Origin: Eledone cirrhosa
Taxonomy: Eukaryota
Direction: 5' to 3'
Length of the DNA: 64,000 nt
NCBI GenBank assembly: GCA_964016885.1
Contig: OZ024751.1
Location: forward strand, 49,972,001-50,036,000
Positions 42,801 to 51,959 of the stretch are shown here, piece by piece. A model generated the notes under the pieces. That model did not search any database, was not told where the DNA came from, and saw only the letters and a list, made by a program, of their open reading frames with translations. A program made the translations under genes and the position numbers. Numbering within the stretch: position 1 is the first letter of the stretch; the number at the start of each line of letters is the position of its first letter.

Positions 42801-43242
42801 GCATGGAGGTGCCGTCAGCCGGGCATGTCCGAGATGCGCGCAGGGCGACGAAACCGTCCTGCACGCACTCGTCCAGTGTCCGAAAATTGCTGACTTGTGG
42901 GTTTATGTCGAACACCTGCTGTCGCGTTTAGGACGGATCCAGCTATCATCTGAGTCCATCGTGAGGATTGCCCCGCCCTCCTCCTTTAGCCGGGAAGGGC
43001 AGGCAGTTTTTATCTGTCTGGTGGCCATGGCGAAAGAGATAGTATGGTGGACACGTTTGAAAGGGCTGAAGACGAGCACTTACCTCTTCGGTGATGCTCT
43101 GATTGACTTTTTCAAATTTCATTTGAAAAGGAAAATCAGAGTAGAGAGGGAAGTGCTCTCTTCCCAGCATTTTGTTGAAAGATGGGTGAGAGAAGCAAGA
43201 ATGGCCCGAGTGAATGGGCCGACTCTGAGTATATATCTGTAA
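39823..43242 (+). CDS. ORF2p APE-RT (1139 aa)
   Basis: Motifs intact. Confidence 0.97.
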   Translation: MTSLRIGSINARGLGSSWKQGHLLNDLRSLNIDVVAISETRISEARAFAPIFGGYDVYASPSRPGSGGGVAVLFRRGLDLAIRAIFLDPEGKLVVLDVTSGDGQAFRLVAVYAPTGAGRPDFFRRLETFLGTSRSLVLVGDWNGILDARWDCVGLADRGGGCKSLTNLLRRFELSDRYRLDFPNVPMWTWTNRIGSSRSYLDRVFCREIDRSSIGCPQFKIVSYTDHKFVICVLDLDRLHRRGPGYWKLNASLPARKAYRDRISELVKRALTGAIVNNKWWFALKRAIRIESIRFSKALAIEKNRAEGELVRKLDEALSKGIATDVLAAKLALDQFFNAKHEGCVVRARVRALRHEGTKAVQWARVAEARRGNKATIRSLVDHDGRMLLDPGQMCEAFQRHFAQLFGGSGGPGRGMDFSVYLDGLPRLSATEAKCCEKPITAAEVREAMTGCTRGKSPGLDGLPYELYVQMPDLFGGLLADVYCNWQQNGRIPSSVSRGAVALLRKDPNKGDNIDNFRPITLLNTEFKILAKVLAKRLALVVGGLVGEAQTCAIPDRSIHDNLHLMRYIVERVAREPGTGGSLINLDQSKAFDRVDHRYLAAVLRAAGFGPVFRGWIAAMHSDICSVVRVNGHLSEPFNIMRSVRQGCPLSSLLYVLTLEPLLHKLETLRGVPRELGCGRSVSAYADDVTVVVSNAKHIEAIGTTLREYEAVTGAMINQEKSVGLQLGTWRGRSMPSNSVVGRWTDGPVKLLGVWFGPDLQTDKNWDEVTSRVASLTQKWAERKLSLKGRAEVANAYIASVICYRLTVVPCPKPRLTALERLLFRFLWKGRAPMVRRSICCQHPLRGGLGMPWLMMRRHALRLRHLHLFLDGDQVWSPFARRVFPQLVSLTELQSWVKRRPRGSAWRLECLQALTALDQSGNVIGGNSTSAFYRGLVEGKSDDVLGETLGVDENQLANLFGRTFGPGPMDNFQKSLAWQCYRGALPVRDKLYRHGGAVSRACPRCAQGDETVLHALVQCPKIADLWVYVEHLLSRLGRIQLSSESIVRIAPPSSFSREGQAVFICLVAMAKEIVWWTRLKGLKTSTYLFGDALIDFFKFHLKRKIRVEREVLSSQHFVERWVREARMARVNGPTLSIYL

Positions 43243-43750
43243 ACTAAAGGTGGAAAACTGGGAGAGGGCACTTGCCTTGGTGGTCAGGGTCATTGTGGCT
43301 TTTTACTGGGCTTTCTCCACAAATGTCCCTCCGAAGTCTCCCCCCTATTGGGGAATTTTTCATTGTTATTTTCATTGTTATTTTTGTTACATCCTCTGTT
43401 TTTGTTTTTTTACACGCAGAAATGCCCATTTGTACCGTCCTGCATTGTCCTGCACTGTCCTTAATGTCTACTTTATGTAAACCCTTGTGGTTAATAAAGA
43501 AATCATTATTATCATTATCATTATTATTATTATTATTGAATGCCATGGTTGACGGAGGCTCGGCTCTGTAAGGTATAGTAATTTTTAACCGTTAAAACAA
43601 TTGTAAATTGTTTAAAACTTGAACCAAATTGTTGATAAAGACACCCTCCTCCTCGTGAGAGGGGTCTTTCTGTCCGTTATTTGGCCCTTCGGGGTTAAAT
43701 AACCAGTTATTGGGGTTTTGTACCCAAAATTTCATTTTAAACAAAAAAAC

Positions 43751-45850
43751 ATGGCTACCAAAAAAAAAAAATTTCATACGTCACTCCCACTCATTCCGTC
43801 TTCTTCTTCCTCAATCATCACTACAGGAGAGAGAAGATTGTCTCTCTCCCTCCCTTCTTTAAATGTGTCTCTCTCCCTACCTTCTCTTTCGCAAGCGACG
43901 AAAAAAAAGAAAAGTCTCGTGCAAAGCGTGCAAGGTTTCTCCACGACGACGACGACAGCGACGAAACAGGTGTGCGGGAAATACGAAAACCCAGTTCATT
44001 CGTCTGACGTCAGGAATAATAGCAGTAGCAGCCGTAATAACAACAGCAACAGTGACAATGAAAACAACAGTAGCAGCCGCAACAGCATCACCAGCAGCAT
44101 AAACAACAACAGCATTAGCAGCAGCAACACCAACAACAACCACAGCAACAGCGGCGGAGGCAGTAGTCGTAGTACCTGCAGCAACAACAAAAGTACCAGC
44201 AGCTCTGACGACAACAACAACAGCAGAGAAAAACCAATCTCATTTGCAGGTATTGCGAAAAACCTGGAAACAATCCTCATAACAAATGAGGAATTAGAGG
44301 AAGCGAAGAAGATGGTGACAAAGAACGGACACCGAGCAATCTGCAAGGCAGCGAAAAATTTTTTCGAAACCCAAGAGCACTGTACGGTCACGTACCGTAC
44401 AGTAAGTACAAAATCCCGTAGGGTGGAAAGAGCCACAGAGGCCCAAATACAAAAAGCCTTGGGGTCTGTGTGGCAGAGGAAAACGCACATCACCCGAGGC
44501 AAAAAATACGCCACCGTAGACGTACTTTTTGCCACACCCCAGGAGGCAAAGGCCCAATCAATAGTGACCCTAAGGAGCGAGGAAATGGTGTTGGTGCCCT
44601 CCTACTGCGGGCAAAAAATTGTGAGGGTCAAACTGACCCACGTCCCCCCCGGAATGACCCCTTCTTGGCTGGCCGCGTCTGTCCTCGTCGGAATCGAGGA
44701 CAAAACAACTGTACTGCAAGTACAGAAAAAAGTAAGAGAAGATTGGGTCGGCTCCTCCATTGAGATGCTAATCCAAACCAACCAGGAGTGCATCGAAGCT
44801 ATCCCGGATGTGATAGACTTCGATAACGGCACTCAACTGCCCATAAGTGTTGAGGGCAAACGCCCGAAATGCTTTCGCTGTGGATCGAAGACTCACCTCA
44901 GGGCCTTCTGCAACGAGAAGACCCTGAGAAAGGAGAAAACCCCCCTCCTCCCGAATCCGGTTCCACGGCTACCAGCAACAGGACAAGCGGCAACCAGGAA
45001 CGATAGGTCCGTGGCACCCATACCCACTCCACGGAAATCAAAGACAGCAGCAGCAGTGGAAATATTAACAACAACAACAGCAATACCAAATGCAGCTGCA
45101 ACAGAGACTCCAGTGCAAACATCACCAACAACAACAAGTGAAAGAGTGGAGCTGGTACCCCTCCCCGACCTTACAGAATCAGACATGGAGTGTGAGGTGG
45201 GAGAGGGATGGCAAAAGGTCTCAAGAAGGCACAAACGCAGAAGCAGCGCATCGTCGCCTTTGAAAAGGGAGGAAAGAAATGAGAAAAGGGTAAAGTCTAC
45301 TGCAAAGAGACCCACAGCAGCAACACCACCAACACCATCACCACCCACACCAGCACCACCATCACCACCGGCGACAACCCCACCGCCAACAACACCTTCA
45401 ACACCACCACCACAAGCACCAACATCGCAAACACAACAACAAAACACACACACCCAGCAACAACGACAAGAAAATAGCAGAACCACACCCCACCCCCAGA
45501 AAAACAAATGCACGGCAATAAACACACACAACAAGAAACTAATGACTTACATAATTGAACACACAGACATTTCACAACAGGACTACATAATACCAGCACC
45601 AATCAAAACGCCAACTAACATAAGACTGCTAAAAATAGCACAGAAACAATACACAAACATTAAAACGAAATTCCCCAACGCAGTTGGTGATTTCAGGGAC
45701 CTAGGAGGAACCATTAATCGAAGAGTATATTCAGACATTCTCTTAGAAGAGCCGACGACCAGCCGAAGGGACGATTCAACGGTCCCTTCACCAGACGATC
45801 AAGTGAAAAGGGATGTAAAAACCATCCCTCCTCTACCAAAAATACGGTAA
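43751..45850 (+). CDS. ORF1p (699 aa from the homologous ATG)
   Basis: MATKKKKFH start at 43751. Confidence 0.88.
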   Translation: MATKKKKFHTSLPLIPSSSSSIITTGERRLSLSLPSLNVSLSLPSLSQATKKKKSLVQSVQGFSTTTTTATKQVCGKYENPVHSSDVRNNSSSSRNNNSNSDNENNSSSRNSITSSINNNSISSSNTNNNHSNSGGGSSRSTCSNNKSTSSSDDNNNSREKPISFAGIAKNLETILITNEELEEAKKMVTKNGHRAICKAAKNFFETQEHCTVTYRTVSTKSRRVERATEAQIQKALGSVWQRKTHITRGKKYATVDVLFATPQEAKAQSIVTLRSEEMVLVPSYCGQKIVRVKLTHVPPGMTPSWLAASVLVGIEDKTTVLQVQKKVREDWVGSSIEMLIQTNQECIEAIPDVIDFDNGTQLPISVEGKRPKCFRCGSKTHLRAFCNEKTLRKEKTPLLPNPVPRLPATGQAATRNDRSVAPIPTPRKSKTAAAVEILTTTTAIPNAAATETPVQTSPTTTSERVELVPLPDLTESDMECEVGEGWQKVSRRHKRRSSASSPLKREERNEKRVKSTAKRPTAATPPTPSPPTPAPPSPPATTPPPTTPSTPPPQAPTSQTQQQNTHTQQQRQENSRTTPHPQKNKCTAINTHNKKLMTYIIEHTDISQQDYIIPAPIKTPTNIRLLKIAQKQYTNIKTKFPNAVGDFRDLGGTINRRVYSDILLEEPTTSRRDDSTVPSPDDQVKRDVKTIPPLPKIR

Positions 45851-45885
45851 GTGGTCTTTCCCATCTTTTCCACTCTATTTTAAAC

Positions 45886-48800
45886 ATGACCTCACTCAGA
45901 ATAGGCAGCATAAATGCGCGTGGCTTGGGGTCGTCATGGAAGCAGGGTCACCTGCTCAACGACCTCAGGTCACTAAACATAGATGTAGTGGCCATCAGCG
46001 AGACCAGAATCTCCGAAGCACGGGCCTTCGCACCGATCTTCGGCGGCTACGATGTGTACGCATCTCCCAGCCGTCCTGGATCGGGTGGAGGAGTTGCTGT
46101 GCTTTTTCGGAGAGGTTTGGATCTCGCCATACGGGCCATCTTCCTGGACCCAGAGGGTAAGCTGGTGGTGCTGGACGTGACCAGCGGAGACGGGCAAGCT
46201 TTCAGGCTAGTGGCCGTCTATGCCCCGACAGGAGCAGGGCGGCCTGATTTCTTCCGGCGTCTGGAGACCTTTCTTGGAACGTCGCGCTCTTTAGTGTTAG
46301 TGGGCGACTGGAACGGGATCTTAGATGCACGCTGGGACTGTGTGGGATTAGCGGATAGGGGTGGAGGGTGCAAGAGCCTCACCAACCTGCTCAGGCGTTT
46401 TGAACTGTCTGACAGGTACCGATTGGATTTCCCGAATGTGCCAATGTGGACTTGGACAAACCGCATAGGGTCATCCAGATCATATCTAGATAGAGTATTT
46501 TGTAGGGAAATAGATAGGTCTAGCATAGGCTGTCCACAATTCAAGATAGTCAGCTACACGGACCACAAATTCGTGATCTGTGTGCTTGACTTAGATAGGC
46601 TTCATAGACGAGGACCCGGCTACTGGAAGCTAAACGCGTCCTTACCAGCGCGCAAGGCCTACAGAGACCGGATTAGCGAACTAGTTAAGCGGGCGTTGAC
46701 GGGGGCCATCGTCAACAACAAGTGGTGGTTTGCTCTGAAAAGAGCGATTAGAATAGAATCGATTAGGTTTAGTAAGGCTTTAGCAATAGAGAAAAATAGA
46801 GCAGAGGGAGAACTAGTTAGAAAATTAGACGAGGCGCTTAGCAAAGGCATTGCGACCGACGTGCTTGCGGCGAAATTGGCCCTTGACCAATTCTTCAATG
46901 CAAAGCACGAAGGCTGCGTTGTCAGAGCTAGGGTGCGTGCTCTCAGACACGAGGGGACGAAAGCCGTTCAATGGGCCCGAGTGGCGGAGGCGCGTCGTGG
47001 CAACAAAGCCACGATCCGGTCTTTGGTGGACCACGACGGGCGCATGCTACTCGATCCCGGGCAAATGTGTGAAGCTTTTCAGCGACACTTCGCTCAGCTG
47101 TTCGGGGGCAGCGGGGGGCCGGGTAGAGGGATGGACTTTAGTGTCTACCTCGACGGACTGCCGCGGCTCTCGGCCACTGAGGCGAAGTGTTGCGAAAAGC
47201 CGATAACAGCCGCTGAAGTAAGGGAGGCAATGACTGGCTGCACAAGGGGTAAATCGCCTGGTTTGGATGGTCTGCCCTATGAACTTTACGTACAGATGCC
47301 AGACTTGTTCGGAGGCCTCTTGGCGGACGTCTACTGCAACTGGCAACAGAACGGGAGAATTCCCAGTTCTGTGAGCCGAGGAGCGGTGGCACTGCTGAGA
47401 AAGGATCCGAACAAGGGGGATAACATAGACAATTTCCGGCCCATAACTCTGCTAAACACAGAGTTTAAGATTTTGGCCAAGGTGCTAGCAAAGAGGTTGG
47501 CGCTTGTCGTTGGTGGTCTGGTGGGAGAGGCGCAGACATGCGCCATTCCCGACAGATCCATCCACGACAACCTCCACCTCATGCGATACATCGTAGAGAG
47601 GGTAGCTAGGGAACCTGGCACGGGTGGGTCCTTGATCAATTTAGATCAGTCGAAAGCTTTCGATAGGGTCGACCATCGTTACCTAGCGGCAGTCCTGAGG
47701 GCGGCTGGCTTTGGGCCCGTCTTCAGAGGCTGGATCGCTGCCATGCACAGCGACATCTGCTCTGTGGTGAGAGTGAACGGTCACCTGTCGGAACCGTTCA
47801 ACATCATGCGCTCGGTCCGCCAAGGATGTCCCCTCTCGTCCCTCTTGTACGTATTGACTCTCGAGCCATTACTGCACAAACTGGAGACGTTGAGGGGAGT
47901 CCCGCGCGAACTAGGATGCGGAAGATCCGTGTCAGCATATGCGGACGATGTCACCGTAGTGGTGTCGAACGCCAAACACATCGAGGCGATCGGCACTACA
48001 CTAAGAGAATACGAAGCGGTGACAGGAGCAATGATCAACCAGGAAAAGTCAGTGGGCCTGCAGCTCGGCACCTGGAGAGGCAGGTCCATGCCGTCCAACA
48101 GCGTCGTCGGGCGCTGGACGGACGGACCGGTTAAATTGCTAGGGGTCTGGTTCGGTCCGGACCTCCAGACGGACAAAAACTGGGACGAGGTGACGAGCAG
48201 GGTGGCTTCTCTCACCCAGAAATGGGCGGAGAGGAAGCTATCCCTGAAAGGTCGAGCGGAGGTGGCTAACGCGTACATCGCGTCTGTCATCTGCTACCGC
48301 CTAACCGTCGTACCTTGTCCTAAGCCTCGCCTGACTGCGCTGGAGCGTTTGCTCTTTCGCTTTTTGTGGAAGGGACGTGCTCCGATGGTCAGGCGGTCCA
48401 TCTGTTGTCAACACCCGCTACGTGGAGGGCTGGGCATGCCGTGGCTGATGATGCGCAGGCACGCGCTCAGGCTACGACATCTCCACCTCTTCCTCGACGG
48501 TGATCAGGTGTGGTCGCCGTTTGCTAGACGCGTTTTTCCCCAGCTCGTTTCCTTGACGGAGCTGCAGTCCTGGGTCAAGCGAAGACCGAGAGGGAGCGCC
48601 TGGAGACTGGAATGTCTTCAGGCGCTCACAGCCCTCGACCAATCGGGCAATGTGATCGGTGGAAACTCCACCTCGGCGTTCTATAGAGGATTAGTGGAGG
48701 GGAAGAGCGACGACGTACTTGGGGAAACTCTAGGCGTCGACGAAAATCAACTAGCCAATCTCTTCGGAAGAACTTTCGGGCCAGGGCCTATGGACAACTT

Positions 48801-49305
48801 CCAGAAATCTCTGGCCTGGCAGTGCTACCGAGGAGCCTTGCCAGTTCGGGATAAACTCTACAGGCATGGAGGTGCCGTCAGCCGGGCATGTCCGAGATGC
48901 GCGCAGGGCGACGAAACCGTCCTGCACGCACTCGTCCAGTGTCCGAAAATTGCTGACTTGTGGGTTTATGTCGAACACCTGCTGTCGCGTTTAGGACGGA
49001 TCCAGCTATCATCTGAGTCTATCGTGAGGATTGCCCCGCCCTCCTCCTTTAGCCGGGAAGGGCAGGCAATTTTTATCTGTCTGGTGGCCATGGCGAAAGA
49101 GATAGTATGGTGGACACGTTTGAAAGGGCTGAAGACGAGCACTTACCTCTTCGGTGATGCTCTGATTGACTTTTTCAAATTTCATTTGAAAAGGAAAATC
49201 AGAGTAGAGAAGGAAGTGCTCTCTTCCCAGCATTTTGTTGAAAGATGGGTGAGAGAAGCAAGAATGGCCCGAGTGAATGGGCCGACTCTGAGTATATATC
49301 TGTAA
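45886..49305 (+). CDS. ORF2p APE-RT (1139 aa)
   Basis: Motifs intact. Confidence 0.97.
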   Translation: MTSLRIGSINARGLGSSWKQGHLLNDLRSLNIDVVAISETRISEARAFAPIFGGYDVYASPSRPGSGGGVAVLFRRGLDLAIRAIFLDPEGKLVVLDVTSGDGQAFRLVAVYAPTGAGRPDFFRRLETFLGTSRSLVLVGDWNGILDARWDCVGLADRGGGCKSLTNLLRRFELSDRYRLDFPNVPMWTWTNRIGSSRSYLDRVFCREIDRSSIGCPQFKIVSYTDHKFVICVLDLDRLHRRGPGYWKLNASLPARKAYRDRISELVKRALTGAIVNNKWWFALKRAIRIESIRFSKALAIEKNRAEGELVRKLDEALSKGIATDVLAAKLALDQFFNAKHEGCVVRARVRALRHEGTKAVQWARVAEARRGNKATIRSLVDHDGRMLLDPGQMCEAFQRHFAQLFGGSGGPGRGMDFSVYLDGLPRLSATEAKCCEKPITAAEVREAMTGCTRGKSPGLDGLPYELYVQMPDLFGGLLADVYCNWQQNGRIPSSVSRGAVALLRKDPNKGDNIDNFRPITLLNTEFKILAKVLAKRLALVVGGLVGEAQTCAIPDRSIHDNLHLMRYIVERVAREPGTGGSLINLDQSKAFDRVDHRYLAAVLRAAGFGPVFRGWIAAMHSDICSVVRVNGHLSEPFNIMRSVRQGCPLSSLLYVLTLEPLLHKLETLRGVPRELGCGRSVSAYADDVTVVVSNAKHIEAIGTTLREYEAVTGAMINQEKSVGLQLGTWRGRSMPSNSVVGRWTDGPVKLLGVWFGPDLQTDKNWDEVTSRVASLTQKWAERKLSLKGRAEVANAYIASVICYRLTVVPCPKPRLTALERLLFRFLWKGRAPMVRRSICCQHPLRGGLGMPWLMMRRHALRLRHLHLFLDGDQVWSPFARRVFPQLVSLTELQSWVKRRPRGSAWRLECLQALTALDQSGNVIGGNSTSAFYRGLVEGKSDDVLGETLGVDENQLANLFGRTFGPGPMDNFQKSLAWQCYRGALPVRDKLYRHGGAVSRACPRCAQGDETVLHALVQCPKIADLWVYVEHLLSRLGRIQLSSESIVRIAPPSSFSREGQAIFICLVAMAKEIVWWTRLKGLKTSTYLFGDALIDFFKFHLKRKIRVEKEVLSSQHFVERWVREARMARVNGPTLSIYL

Positions 49306-49824
49306 ACTAAAGGTGGAAAACTGGGAGAGGGCACTTGCCTTGGTGGTCAGGGTCATTGTGGCTTTTTACTGGGCTTTCTCCACAAATGTCCCTCCGAAGT
49401 CTCCCCCCTATTGGGGAATTTTTCATTGTTATTTTCATTGTTATTTTTGTTACATCCTCTGTTTTTGTTTTTTTACACGCAGAAATGCCCATTTGTACCG
49501 TCCTGCATTGTCCTGCACTGTCCTTAATGTCTACTTTATGTAAACCCTTGTGGTTAATAAAGAAATCATTATTTTGTAACTATTATTATTATCATTATTA
49601 TTATTATTATTGAATGCCATGGTTGACGGAGGCTCGGCTCTGTAAGGTATAGTAATTTTTAACCGTTAAAACAATTGTAAATTGTTTAAAACTTGAACCA
49701 AATTGTTGATAAAGACACCCTCCTCCTCGTGAGAGGGGTCTTTCTGTCCGTTATTTGGCCCTTCGGGGTTAAATAGCCAGTTATTGGGGTTTTGTACCCA
49801 AAATTTCATTTTAAACAAAAAAAC

Positions 49825-51924
49825 ATGGCTACCAAAAAAAAAAAATTTCATACGTCACTCCCACTCATTCCGTCTTCTTCTTCCTCAATCATCACTACAG
49901 GAGAGAGAAGATTGTCTCTCTCCCTCCCTTCTTTAAATGTGTCTCTCTCCCTACCTTCTCTTTCGCAAGCGACGAAAGAAAAGAAAAGTCTCGTGCAAAG
50001 CGTGCAAGGTTTCTCCACGACGACGACGACAGCGACGAAACAGGTGTGCGGGAAATACGAAAACCCAGTTCATTCGTCTGACGTCAGGAATAATAGCAGT
50101 AGCAGCCGTAATAACAACAGCAACAGTGACAATGAAAACAACAGTAGCAGCCGCAACAGCATCACCAGCAGCATAAACAACAACAGCATTAGCAGCAGCA
50201 ACACCAACAACAACCACAGCAACAGCGGCGGAGGCAGTAGTCGTAGTACCTGCAGCAACAACAAAAGTACCAGCAGCTCTGACGACAACAACAACAGCAG
50301 AGAAAAACCAATCTCATTTGCAGGTATTGCGAAAAACCTGGAAACAATCCTCATAACAAATGAGGAATTAGAGGAAGCGAAGAAGATGGTGACAAAGAAC
50401 GGACACCGAGCAATCTGCAAGGCAGCGAAAAATTTTTTCGAAACCCAAGAGCACTGTACGGTCACGTACCGTACAGTAAGTACAAAATCCCGTAGGGTGG
50501 AAAGAGCCACAGAGGCCCAAATACAAAAAGCCTTGGGGTCTGTGTGGCAGAGGAAAACGCACATCACCCGAGGCAAAAAATACGCCACCGTAGACGTACT
50601 TTTTGCCACACCCCAGGAGGCAAAGGCCCAATCAGTAGTGACCCTAAGGAGCGAGGAAATGGTGTTGGTGCCCTCCTACTGCGGGCAAAAAATTGTGAGG
50701 GTCAAACTGACCCACGTCCCCCCCGGAATGACCCCTTCTTGGCTGGCCGCGTCTGTCCTCGTCGGAATCGAGGACAAAACAACTGTACTGCAAGTACAGA
50801 AAAAAGTAAGAGAAGATTGGGTCGGCTCCTCCATTGAGATGCTAATCCAAACCAACCAGGAGTGCATCGAAGCTATCCCGGATGTGATAGACTTCGATAA
50901 CGGCACTCAACTGCCCATAAGTGTTGAGGGCAAACGCCCGAAATGCTTTCGCTGTGGATCGAAGACTCACCTCAGGGCCTTCTGCAACGAGAAGACCCTG
51001 AGAAAGGAGAAAACCCCCCTCCTCCCGAATCCGGTTCCACGGCTACCAGCAACAGGACAAGCGGCAACCAGGAACGATAGGTCCGTGGCACCCATACCCA
51101 CTCCACGGAAATCAAAGACAGCAGCAGCAGTGGAAATATTAACAACAACAACAGCAATACCAAATGCAGCTGCAACAGAGACTCCAGTGCAAACATCACC
51201 AACAACAACAAGTGAAAGAGTGGAGCTGGTACCCCTCCCCGACCTTACAGAATCAGACATGGAGTGTGAGGTGGGAGAGGGATGGCAAAAGGTCTCAAGA
51301 AGGCACAAACGCAGAAGCAGCGCATCGTCGCCTTTGAAAAGGGAGGAAAGAAATGAGAAAAGGGTAAAGTCTACTGCAAAGAGACCCACAGCAGCAACAC
51401 CACCAACACCATCACCACCCACACCAGCACCACCATCACCACCGGCGACAACCCCACCGCCAACAACACCTTCAACACCACCACCACAAGCACCAACATC
51501 GCAAACACAACAACAAAACACACACACCCAGCAACAACGACAAGAAAATAGCAGAACCACACCCCACCCCCAGAAAAACAAATGCACGGCAATAAACACA
51601 CACAACAAGAAACTAATGACTTACATAATTGAACACACAGACATTTCACAACAGGACTACATAATACCAGCACCAATCAAAACGCCAACTAACATAAGAC
51701 TGCTAAAAATAGCACAGAAACAATACACAAACATTAAAACGAAATTCCCCAACGCAGTTGGTGATTTCAGGGACCTAGGAGGAACCATTAATCGAAGAGT
51801 ATATTCAGACATTCTCTTAGAAGAGCCGACGACCAGCCGAAGGGACGATTCAACGGTCCCTTCACCAGACGATCAAGTGAAAAGGGATGTAAAAACCATC
51901 CCTCCTCTACCAAAAATACGGTAA
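49825..51924 (+). CDS. ORF1p (699 aa from the homologous ATG)
   Basis: As copy 3. Confidence 0.88.
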   Translation: MATKKKKFHTSLPLIPSSSSSIITTGERRLSLSLPSLNVSLSLPSLSQATKEKKSLVQSVQGFSTTTTTATKQVCGKYENPVHSSDVRNNSSSSRNNNSNSDNENNSSSRNSITSSINNNSISSSNTNNNHSNSGGGSSRSTCSNNKSTSSSDDNNNSREKPISFAGIAKNLETILITNEELEEAKKMVTKNGHRAICKAAKNFFETQEHCTVTYRTVSTKSRRVERATEAQIQKALGSVWQRKTHITRGKKYATVDVLFATPQEAKAQSVVTLRSEEMVLVPSYCGQKIVRVKLTHVPPGMTPSWLAASVLVGIEDKTTVLQVQKKVREDWVGSSIEMLIQTNQECIEAIPDVIDFDNGTQLPISVEGKRPKCFRCGSKTHLRAFCNEKTLRKEKTPLLPNPVPRLPATGQAATRNDRSVAPIPTPRKSKTAAAVEILTTTTAIPNAAATETPVQTSPTTTSERVELVPLPDLTESDMECEVGEGWQKVSRRHKRRSSASSPLKREERNEKRVKSTAKRPTAATPPTPSPPTPAPPSPPATTPPPTTPSTPPPQAPTSQTQQQNTHTQQQRQENSRTTPHPQKNKCTAINTHNKKLMTYIIEHTDISQQDYIIPAPIKTPTNIRLLKIAQKQYTNIKTKFPNAVGDFRDLGGTINRRVYSDILLEEPTTSRRDDSTVPSPDDQVKRDVKTIPPLPKIR

Positions 51925-51959
51925 GTGGTCTTTCCCATCTTTTCCACTCTATTTTAAAC

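Larger units (their letters stand above)
37477..43502 (+). mobile_element. Tx1-like element, copy 7 (intact)
   Basis: Same architecture. Confidence 0.93.
43538..49565 (+). mobile_element. Tx1-like element, copy 8 (variant ORF1 haplotype, intact ORF2)
   Basis: Same architecture. Shares the ORF1 variants of copies 3 and 9 but not their ORF2 stop. Confidence 0.93.
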
